From Anaeramoeba ignava BMAN (taxonomy: Eukaryota; Protista; Anaeramoebae): a DNA stretch of 64,000 nucleotides. Under the pieces are notes generated by a model. The model saw only the letters and a list, made by a program, of their open reading frames with translations. It was not told the DNA's origin and searched no databases. The DNA lies in NCBI GenBank assembly GCA_028826165.1, contig JAPDFW010000089.1, positions 186,001 through 250,000 on the forward strand, written 5' to 3'. The position numbers were made by a program, and so were the translations under genes. Positions 26,284 through 37,503 of the stretch are shown piece by piece. The stretch's first letter is position 1. Each line of letters starts with the position of its first letter.

Positions 26284-29200
26284 ATGGAAAAAAAAGATCC
26301 AAAAGAAATTCCACGAAATTTATTTGGAAGAGTTTCCGGAAATTTAAAAATGGGATTAGTAGGTTTAGCGAATGTTGGGAAGTCACTTACATTTAATACA
26401 TTAACGAAGATGCAAGTACCAACAGAAAACTTTCGTAAAAATGAATAAAAAAATTAAATTAAAAATTGAATAAAAAAATTGAATAAAAAAATTAAATTAA
26501 AAATTAAATTAAAAAATTAAATTAAAAAATTTATTTGTTAATAAAATATCAATTATAGCTTATTGTACTATTGATCCAACAACAGCAAGATGTGAAGTAC
26601 CAGATGAACGGTTTGTAGATTTATGCAAGATGTATAAACCCGCAAGAGAAATTCCAGCATATTTAAATATTACAGATATTGCAGGTCTTGTTCGAGGAGC
26701 GCATAAAAATGTTGGATTGGGAAATGCTTTTCTTAGTCATATTCGTGAAGTTGATGGTGTTTTCCAAATTGTTAGAACATTTCGTGATGAAACTGTTTCT
26801 CATGTTGAAGGTACTTTGGATGCTGTTCGTGATATTCAAATTGTTGAGGATGAACTTCGTCTTAAAGATTTAGAAACAATTGAAAAGAAAAAAAATTCTC
26901 TTGGAAGACATGCTGAAAATTCAAATGATAAAAGGATTAAACAAGAATATGTATTTAAATCCAAAATAATATTTAATTTCAAAATAATATTTAATTATAA
27001 AATAATATTTAATTACAAAATAATATTTAATTATAAAATAATATTTAATTACAAAATAATATTTAATTACAAAATAATATTTAATTACAAAATAATATTT
27101 AATTACAAAATAATATTTAAATGCAAAATAATATTTAATTACAAAATAATATTTAAATATAAATTAATATTTAAATATAAAATAATATTTAATTATAAAT
27201 TAATATTTAAATCCAAAATAATATTTAAATACAAAATAATATTTAATTACAAAATAATATTTAATTATAAAATAATATTTAATTACAAAATAATATTTAA
27301 TTACAAAATAATATTTAATTACAAAATAATATTTAAATTACAAAATAATATTTAATTACAAAAATAATATTTAAATTACAAAATAATATTTAATTACAAA
27401 ATAATATTTAATTATAAAATAATATTTAAATACAAAATAATATTTAAATATAAAATAATATTTAATTATAAAATAATATTTAATTATAAATAATATTTAA
27501 ATTATAAAATAATATTTAATTACAAAATAATATTTAATTACAAAATAATATTTAATTACAAAATAATATTTAATTATAAAATAATATTTAATTACAAAAT
27601 AATATTTAAATACAAAATAATATTTAAATATAAAATAATATTTAATTACAAAATAATATTTAAATATAAAATAATATTTAATTACAAAATAATATTTAAT
27701 TATAAAATAATATTTAAATACAAAATAATATTTAATTACAAAATAATATTTATTTACAAAATAATATTTAATTACAAAAATAATATTTAAATTCAAAATA
27801 ATATTTTAAATACAAAAATAATATTTAAATACAAAATAATATTTATTTACAAAATAATATTTAATTACAAAATAATATTTAATTACAAAATAATATTTAA
27901 TTACAAAAATAATATTTAATTACAAAATAATATTTAATTACAAAATAATATTTAATTACAAAATAATATTTAATTACAAAATAATATTTAATTACAAAAT
28001 AATATTTAATTACAAAATAATATTTAATTACAAAATAATATTTAATTACAAAATAATATTTAATTACAAAAATAATATTTAATTACAAAATAATATTTAA
28101 TTACAAAAAATAATATTTAATTACAAAATAATATTTAATTACAAAAATAATATTTAAATACAAAATAATATTTAATTACAAAATAATATTTAATTACAAA
28201 ATAATATTTAATTACAAAATAATATTTAATTACAAAATAATATTTATTTACAAAATAATATTTAATTACAAAATAATATTTAATTACAAAATAATATTTA
28301 ATTACAAAATAATATTTAATTACAAAATAATATTTAATTACAAAATAATATTTAAATACAAAATAATATTTAATTACAAAATAATATTTATTTACAAAAT
28401 AATATTTAATTACAAAATAATATTTATTTACAAAATAATATTTATTTACAAAATAATATTTAAATACAAAATAATATTTAAATACAAAATAATATTTATT
28501 TACAAAATAATATTTATTTACAAAATAATATTTAATTACAAAAATTAGCAAATGCTTTGCACAATTTCAGAATTTTTGGAAGAGAAAAAACAAGCTATTA
28601 GAGTTGGAAAATGGGATGAACATGAATTTGAATATATTAATTCTCTTTTCTTACTTACAGCTAAACCAACAGTTTATTTGATCAATTTGTCTGAGAAAGA
28701 ATATCTTAATAAAAGATCTAAATGGTTAAAACCTGTTAAAGATTATGTTGATTCAAGAACAGCTGAACCTATTATTCCATATTGTGCTAAACTTGAAGCT
28801 GAATATGCAGCTTTGAGTGATGATGAGAAACAGAAAAAAATGCCTAATTTTGTTTCTGCTCTTAAGAAGATTATTAAGGTATTTAACAATATTTAAAATA
28901 AAAATATTCAAATAAAATATTAAAATTAAAATATTCAAAATAAAATATTCAAATCAAATATTTAAATTAAATATTCAAATTAAATATTCAAATCAAATAT
29001 TCAAATTAAATATTCAAATTAAATATTCAAATTAAATATTCAAATTAAATATTCAAATCAAATATCCAAATTAAATATTCAAAATAAAATTAAATATTCA
29101 AATTAAATATTTAAATTAAATATTCAAAATTAAATATTCAAATCAAATATCCAAAATAAAATTAAATATTCAAAATAAAATTAAATATTCAAATATTCAA

Positions 29201-30139
29201 ATTAAATATTCAAAATAAAATATTCAAATCAAATATTCAAATATTCAAATTAAATATTCAAATTAAATATTTAAAATTAAATAAAAATATCCAAATTAAA
29301 AATCAAATTAAATATTCAAATCAAATATTCAAAATAAAATATTCAAAATAAAATATTCAAATTAAATATTCAAATTAAATATTCAAATCAAATATTCAAA
29401 TTAAATATTCAAATTAAATATTCAAATTAAATATTCAAATTAAATATTCAAATCAAATATCCAAATTAAATATTCAAAAATAAAATTAAATATTCAAATT
29501 AAATATTTAAATTAAATATTCAAAATTAAATATTCAAATCAAATATCCAAAATAAAATTAAATATTCAAAATAAAATTAAATATTCAAATATTCAAATTA
29601 AATATTCAAAATAAAATATTCAAATCAAATATTCAAATATTCAAATTAAATATTCAAATTAAATATTTAAAATTAAATAAAATATCCAAATTAAAATCAA
29701 ATTAAATATTCAAATCAAATATTCAAAATTAAATATTTAGATTGGATATTCAACTTTAGATTTAATTCATTTCTTTACTGTTGGAGAAGATGAAGTTAAA
29801 TGTTGGACAATTAGAGTAATTTCCATTTAAATTAATTTACCAGAATTTATATAAATTTTAATTATAATTTTCTTTCTTTTATTTTAAACAATTTTTTTTT
29901 GTTAGAATGGAACAAAAGCACCAAAAGCAGCTGGTACAATTCATACAGATTTTGAAAAAGGATTTGTTGCAGCAGAAGTTATGGCTTATGATGATTTGAA
30001 ACAACATGGATCAGAATTAGAAGTTAAAAATTCTGGTAAAAAGAAAACACAAGGAAAGAATTATGTTGTTTTAGATGGAGATATTATTCATTTTAAAACA
30101 AATGTTCGTTCAGGAGCAAAATCAAAGAAAAAGAAATAA
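26284..30139 (+). CDS. OLA1: Obg-like ATPase OLA1/YchF, 5 exons
   Basis: [94 protein letters not shown]. Confidence 0.97.
26951..28548 (+). repeat. OLA1 intron 2, 18-mer (AATTACAAAATAATATTT)n
   Basis: Direct reading; GT at 26951, AG at 28547-28548. Confidence 0.9.
28879..29740 (+). repeat. OLA1 intron 3, (AAATATTCAAATT)n with an internal ~400-nt duplication
   Basis: Direct reading. Confidence 0.85.
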
Positions 30140-30487
30140 TTCTTTCAAACATTTAAATTCAAAATCAAATTTAAATTCAAATTCAAAATTCAAATTCAAA
30201 ATCAAAATCAAAATCAAAATCAAATTCAAAATTAAATTCAAAATTAAATTCAAATTCAAAATCAAATTCAAAATCAAATTCAAAATTAAATTTAAATTCA
30301 AAATTAAATTCAAAATTCAAAATCAAAATTAAATTCAAATTCAAAATTAAAATCAAATTCAAATTCAAAATCAAATTCAAAATCAAAAATTCATCTTTTT
30401 TTTTTCAACAAGAAAAATTCAAATTAAAAAATATTTTTTGATTCTTTTTTTATTGTTGTTGTTGTTGTTTTTATTGTTGTTTTTCTT

Positions 30488-33400
30488 TTAAATTTGTTTT
30501 TCATTTTTTTGAATTAAGCATAAACCAGAAACTTTATCACCAATAACTCCATCAACATGATATTTGTGTTGAGCTAAAACATTTTCAAGTTTATTATTAT
30601 CTTCACCCCAAGTTAATAACATTAAACCAGCATCATGAATAGTTTTAACTACACTCCAATCTTCTAAAATTTGAGTAGAATTTCCAACAATACCAGTTAA
30701 AGAAAGAGAAGAAGCAAACTGAATAGCTCCACTAAAATAATAAATATTAAATATTAAATAATAAATATTAAATATAAATATTAAATATAAATAATAAATA
30801 ATAAATATTAAATATTAAATATTAAATATTAAATAATAAATAATAAATATTAAATATAAAATAATAAATATTAAATATTAAATAATAAATATTAAATATT
30901 AAATTAAATATTAAATATTAAATATAAATATTAAATATTAAATATTAAATATAAAATATTAAATATTAAATATAAAATATTAAATATAAAAAATATTAAA
31001 TAATAAAATAATAAATATTAAATATTAAATAATAAATATTAAATATTAAATATTAAATAATAAATATTAAAATTAAATATTAAAATTAAATATTAAATAT
31101 TAAAATTAAAATTAAATAAATAAAATATTAAATATTAAATATTAAATATTAAATAATAAATATTAAATATTAAATAATAAATATTAAATAATAAATATTA
31201 TATATTAAATATTATATTAAATATTAAATATTAAATAATAAATATTAAATAATAAATAATAAATAATAAATAATAAATAATAAATATTAAATATTAAATA
31301 TTAAATATTAAATATTAAAATATTAAATATTAAATATTAAATATTAAATATTAAATATTATATATTAAATATTATATTAAATATTAAATATTAAATAATA
31401 AATATTAAATAATAAATAATAAATAATAAATATTAAATAATAAATATTAAATATTAAATATTAAATATTTATTTTAATATTAAAACAAACTTCAAGGATT
31501 CTGTTAATGGATTTGTCCCTTTTTCAACTGAATCACCTGTTAAAAAGAAAACAGGAATAAAAGGTTGTTTTACTGTAAGTAATAAACAAATTTCAGGATC
31601 AAAAGAACTAAAGAAAACTTTGCGAATAGGTAGTTTTTTTTGGATACTTCTTTGAGTTTCTTTAAAAACAACTTTAAGTACTTTATTCACAACTTTATTT
31701 CTTGTTGGATATTTTGCTGGAATATTTGCAAGTTCTTCAGAAGATTGAGGATATTTAACTTCAATATTAAAACCTACACCTGAATCTAATGAACGAAAAA
31801 CTTCACTAAGATTAATATAAGAATCTTTAAGAACTGCATTTTCTTTCTTTTCACGAAAAACCATTTGAGTCATTGTTTTTGATTTTCTTAGAGTTGAGTC
31901 TTGATTTGGTGATTGATTTAGTATTTGATTTAGTGTTTGATTTGGAAAGGCATTTGGAAAGTGACTTATTATTTGATTTGAATTTTGATTTGAATTTTGA
32001 TTTGAATTTTGATTTTCTTCTTTCTTCTTTTTTCGAGTTTTTTTTTGTTTATTTAAACCAACAAATTCATCTTCAGTAAGTTGAGAAATCAAAACATTAA
32101 ACGGAGAGCAATGCTTCATTAAAACAGGAATATAAAAGTCATGGGCAACTACAATCTTGCCATCTCTTGTAATTTGGACATCAAATTCAATGAACTTAAT
32201 GCCTTTCTTTGCAGCAACTTGGAATGAAAGAAGGGTATTTTCTTGTATTCGAGATTGGGATTTATTTGATCCAAATCCACGATGTCCGATAAGTGGCTGG
32301 TCTTTTGTTTCCGAAAGCTTCCAAACATTTCTGCCAACTTGAGAAAGATCATGTTTTGGAATTTTGACAGGATCAATCAACATAAAACAAAAAGAAATTT
32401 CACCAACTGGAACTAATGTTGCTGGATCGATCAAACATTGTGTTAGATAACCTGATTTGTGGTCGAATAACTGGCCCAAAGTGATAGTAGCTGTGCCTAT
32501 TAAGCCTTTTGTTTTATGGATGACTGAAAAATAAAAGTGGAATGATTGATCCAAATCAATTTCGGTTGAAAATAAAAAAATTCCGGCTATTTTTTTTGAT
32601 TCCAAATCAACATCTTGGAATTTTTCGTTTTTGAAATAGCATTTAATCTCATATTCTTCATCTTGGGTTATATCAAATGATTTTGGCAGATGAAATAGTG
32701 TTATTGGTTGTGAATAACCAAAGCCTTCTTTTTTTTGTAATCGAATCCATATTAAATTTTTGTCTTGAAGCCAAGTTTCCATTACAAATTGTTTTTCTGT
32801 TGGAATATCAAGAAGTTTTCCAAAAGTTCCATCGTTTATTGTTTCTTTTGCTTTTGTTGGTAGGATTTTTCTGTTTTCTGGGAGTGATTCCCATTTGAGG
32901 AGTTTTTCGTTTGATTTGATAATGTATTTGTATTCTATGAGAGTATTTCTGTTTAAAAGTATTTTTGTTTTCCATTTTGGGAAGCTTTGAAGAGATAAGT
33001 TTAAAATTTAAAATAAATTTAATAAATAAATTTAAAATAAATTTAAGATAAATTTAAGATAAATTTATAAATAAAATTTTAAATAAGATAAATAAATAAA
33101 TTTAAAAAAAGATAAAAAAAATTTAAAATAAATTTATAAATAAATTTATAAATTTATAAAAATTTATAAATAAATTTGTAAATAATTTTTAAATAAATTT
33201 AAAATAAATTTATAAATAAATAATTTTAAATAAAAAATAAATTTGTAAATAAATTTGTAAATAAATTTTTAATAAATTTATAAATAAATTTATAAATAAA
33301 TTTAAAATATAAATTTAAATTTAAATAAATTTTTAAAATAAATAAAATAAATTTAATAAATTTATAAAATTTTGTAAATAAATTTAAATAAATTTATAAA

Positions 33401-34004
33401 TAAATTTGTAAATAATTTTTATAGATAAATTTAAGATAAATTTAAATAAATAAATTTAATAAATAAATTTTATAAATAAATTTGTGCAAATAAATTTAAA
33501 TAAATTTAAGATAAATTTATAAATAATTTTTAAAATAAAATAAATTTTGTAAAAATAAATAAATAAATTTAAAATAAATTTTAAAATAAATTTTTATAAA
33601 TAAATTTAAATAAATTTAAAATAAATTTAAATAATTTAAAATAAATTTGTAAATAAATAAATTTTAAAATAAATAAATAAATTTAAATAAATAAATTTAT
33701 AAATAAATAAATTTTAAATAAATAAATAAATAAAATAAATAAATTAAATAAATAAATAATTTTTGTAAATAATTTTATAAATAAATTTGTAAAAATTTGT
33801 AAATAAATTTGTAAATAAATTTTGTAAATAATTTTTATAAATAAATTTAAGTTACTCTTCTGTTGCTGTTGTTAATAATACTGCTTTGTTTGGATCCCAT
33901 TCTCCAAGTTCAGGTGCATCTCCAACAATACAAATAACTTCTCCAAGTTTTGTATCCTTCTTTTCAATTATAAATTCAACTTTACTTTTTTCAATTTCAT
34001 CCAT
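30488..34004 (-). CDS. GPCPD1: Glycerophosphodiester phosphodiesterase with N-terminal CBM20 (GPCPD1/GDE5-like)
   Basis: CBM20 (GEVICIVGDAPELGEWDP...FPKW...EYKY); IGHRGFG, IQENTLLSF, IEFDVQITRDG..VAHD, NIEVKYP, FSSFDP, LTWGEDNN, VDGVIGD. Confidence 0.88.
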
Positions 34005-34068
34005 TTTTATTAATTAAAAAAAAATGAAAAAAAAAAATGAGAAAAATTTTATTTTTTTAAATTGATTT

Positions 34069-37000
34069 TTATTGATGAAATTTTGCTTTATAAAATAAAA
34101 GTTTTGAATTCTTATTAAGTTGAAAAAAATCTTGAAAAAAATTCAAATCAAATTCTTCCAAAAACTTTTGATTTGCTTTTCTATTTTTGCTAATCAAAAA
34201 ATCATTGCTGGTAATTTCATCAAAATAAAGAAACTTAATCAATAAATTAATAGCATTAAATGATTTTTCTGTAAAATCTTTTGATCTGTTTGAATCATCT
34301 TGAACTAAAATGAACATTTCCCGAAATAATTGACTTCGTGCTTCAAGAATAAACTTATGAACCCTCACCTCCTTTTCACAAACTTCAATCACAAAATCTT
34401 TTCCATCTTGATCATAATATAGTTGCTTAATATCTTCTTTGAAGGATCTTTTATTTTGTTGATCAATCCCAAATTCATCAAAAATTGGTTTTAATAAAAT
34501 TTGATCTTCTTTTTTCATTATTCCGTTATAAACCCATAAAAGAAATTTCTTGATGTTTTCTCGCGAATATTTCTTGAGAATGTGGTCTGCAATTTCTGCC
34601 TTTTTTCCTGTTCTATATTCAATTAAAAATCGATGAACTAAATATTTTGAAATTTGAAAATCTGTCAATTCTTTTCTTTTGAAAATTCCTTTAAAATCAT
34701 CATAAAAAGATGATCCTGTTTGAAAGGCTAATTTTAATAGTGGATTTCGTGTATAATCACTTGGCATTTTGTTGTTCAAATCATATACATTTGGATCTAT
34801 TCCTTTTCCAATTAAAAAATCCACTATTTTTTCCATTTCATCAATTTTCTCACAAGAATTCATTGCTAAAAAATGAAAAACACTTCTTTTCTGAGAATTT
34901 CATTCAAATCATTTTTGTTTGTATTCCATTTATTAGCCCAAAAATACTCATTACATTTCTATTCAAATAAAAACCGTACTTGATTCTAATTGATAATTTT
35001 TGTTAAATAAAATTCTTTTTTCTTTTATATTTATTTTTTTTACATCTTCTTCAATTGGAAATTCATTTTCAAATGCATATTTAATCATTTCATATGTAAT
35101 TCCTCGGTTTTGACAAATAAAATGAAATGCGTTTTGCTTTAATTTTCAAGGAATTTAATTTTTAATTTAATTTGAATTTTAATAAAATACTTTTTGTTTT
35201 TACTTTCTAAAAATTCTTTTTGAATGAATAATTGCAAAAGAAAAAGATATAAATATTTTATTTATTATTTACAAACTTATAAAAAAATTATTTAAATTTT
35301 TCACTTTAATTCTCCAAAAACCAGAAAAAAACTTTACTAACTAAAAAAGAAAAAAAATCAATTTAATCAATTTAATCAATTTAATCAATTTAATCAATTT
35401 AATCAATTTAATCAATTTAATCAATTTAATCAATTTAATCAATTTAATCAATTTAATCAATTTAATCAATATTTACTCTCTAATTTAAAAAAGAGAATTA
35501 AGTTTAAAATTTAACTAAAAGGAAAATAAACTTTTTTTTTATTAATACTGTTTTAAAATGAATTCCTGCTTTATTTTGGATACAAAATTTCAAAATATCT
35601 TCATTTAAAAATATATTTTGACATAAATACATAAATGGTGTACACTAAAATTAAAATTAAAATTAAAATCAAAATCAAAATCAAAATCAAAATCAAAATC
35701 AAAATTAAAATCAAAATTAAAATCAAGAACAATTTAAAAATTTATATTTAAAAATCTATTGAATTTACATCCTTTATCCAAAATCAAAATATAAATCAAA
35801 ATCAAAATCTATAAAAAAATATAGAAAATACATGCTTTTTTATATAAATTTTTTATATAAATTTAATTTCGGATATTTTTTTTGAATTGTTTTTTTTTAC
35901 ATCCTAATAATAATAATAATAATGAAAATCAAAATGAAAATCAAAATATTTGTTTTAAATTCTTAATTATTCAATAATTTTTGTTTGATTTATTATTTAT
36001 TTATTTTTTACATCAAGAACATTAATATTTGCTTTGATTTTCAAAACAAATTTGAATCATTTCTTTATTTATTGATTGATTTTTACATAATACATGAAAT
36101 GGAGTCATCTATTAATAAACAAAAAATAGAATGAGTTTTTTTTTTTAAGAAGAAAAGTTTGTTTTGTTATTAAAAAATTACTCTCTAAAAATAAAAGATG
36201 TTATAAAATTGATTTCAATCTCCTTTTCCTTTGTTGTTGAAAATGAATAATTTTAATATTATATTTACTTTCTTTTTTAAATTTAAAATACAAAATTAAA
36301 TTTAAAATTCAAAATTAAATTTAAAATACAAAATTTAAAATTAAATTACATACTAAGAAAATGAAGTTTTTTGTTATATTTTTGTTATATTTTTAACACA
36401 AAAAAAAGAGTAATTAATTTTTTTACAAATTGTAAATTAATATCTGCTTCATTTTTCAAACAAAATGAAAGTATTTCAGGAGTAATTGAATAATTTTGGC
36501 ATAAAAAATGAAAAGGAGTTGGTAAATCTTGAGAAGTCTAAATTTAAATTTAAATTTAAATTTAAAATCAAATAAATTTTTTTGATTTTTTTGATTCAAT
36601 TACATCTTTATCATTTAAATGTTTTCCTAATTCAAGAAAAAATTGAATTAATTCTATTGAGATTATTTTTTGTTGAACAAGAAAAATGAAAGGATCTGGC
36701 TAATTATAAAGTAATTTAATTGAATGAAATTTAATAATTTGGGATTTAAATCATAATAAAAAGATATTTACATACTTTTAAAAAAATTTAAAATTAAAAT
36801 TTAAATTTAAAAAAATAATAATAATAATAATAATCAAACTTGTTTAAAATTAACATTTTTTTCCTTTAAATATTTTAAATTTTCAACTGATAAATGTGGA
36901 TTTCTACAATAAAAATGAATTAAATTTAACTATAATAATAAAATTAATAAATAAATAATTTTTGAATTTTGAAATTAAGTTTTACTCGCTAAATTTTCAA

Positions 37001-37220
37001 AAACAAAATTTGTTTGTGTTTGATTTTGATTTTTAAACTAAAAAAAAATACATTTTCTTTCTTTTAAAATTTTTTAAAATTAATAAATATAAAAAATATA
37101 AAAAATTTGTATTTTTTTTACATGAAAACAATTAATTCCTTTTTTTTTAATAATATTTTTAATAATTTCAAAATTATTTGTTTTTTGTATTTGTAAAGTT
37201 TCTTTAGTTGAAAGTGTCAT
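34069..37220 (-). CDS. Ankyrin-repeat + tandem BTB protein. Main exons 37122-37220, 36840-36929, 36604-36699, 36427-36537, 36012-36108, 35549-35644, 35044-35136, 34069-34890, plus microexons
   Basis: Phase-0 exons such as PTPFHFLCQNYSITPEILSFCLKNEADIN, CTPFMYLCQN..., QNAFHFICQN...; last exon has BTB motifs (TDFQI..VHRFLIEYR; DFVIEVCEKEVRVHKFILEARSQLFREMF). One exon carries a +1 base. Confidence 0.85.
34980..37060 (-). other. Microexon arrays, in transcript order: 37052-37060 (9 nt KEN, tentative), 36986-36988 CGA; 36772-36774 TAT; 36350-36352 TAT, 36269-36271 AAA, 36182-36184 AGA; 35901-35903 GAT, 35832-35834 CAT, 35769-35771 GAT; 35477-35479 AGA, 35338-35340 TTA, 35273-35275 TTT, 35204-35206 AAA; 34980-34985 AATCAA
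   Basis: Each reads AG|exon|GTA on the minus strand (TAC..CT on plus), mostly separated by 60-90 nt introns; none encodes a stop. Confidence 0.8.
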
Positions 37221-37503
37221 AAAAAAATGAAAATGAAAATGAAAATGAAAAAAATGAAAAAAATTATTTTTGAGATAAATTCATTCTTTTTTAAAAAAAA
37301 AAAGAAAATATTTTGTTTTGAATGAAACTTATAAAAAAAAAAAAAGATTTGTTTTGAAAAAAAAGAAGAAGAGAAATTTGAAAGGATTTTTTTTTACACA
37401 AACCAAATAAAATTAATTAATTTTTTTTTTGATGAGAATTTTTTCTTTTTTGATGAGAATTTTTTCTTTTTTCTTTTTTCTTTTTGGTTTGTTTTTGATA
37501 AAA

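Noticed and set aside
26951-28548. Regular repeats as a possible CRISPR array or mobile element
   Set aside because: No unique spacers, terminal repeats or transposase; eukaryotic intron.
34953-34960. 4-nt AG|AAAT|GTA cassette on the minus strand
   Set aside because: Not frame-preserving, and only ~21 nt from the NQ exon.
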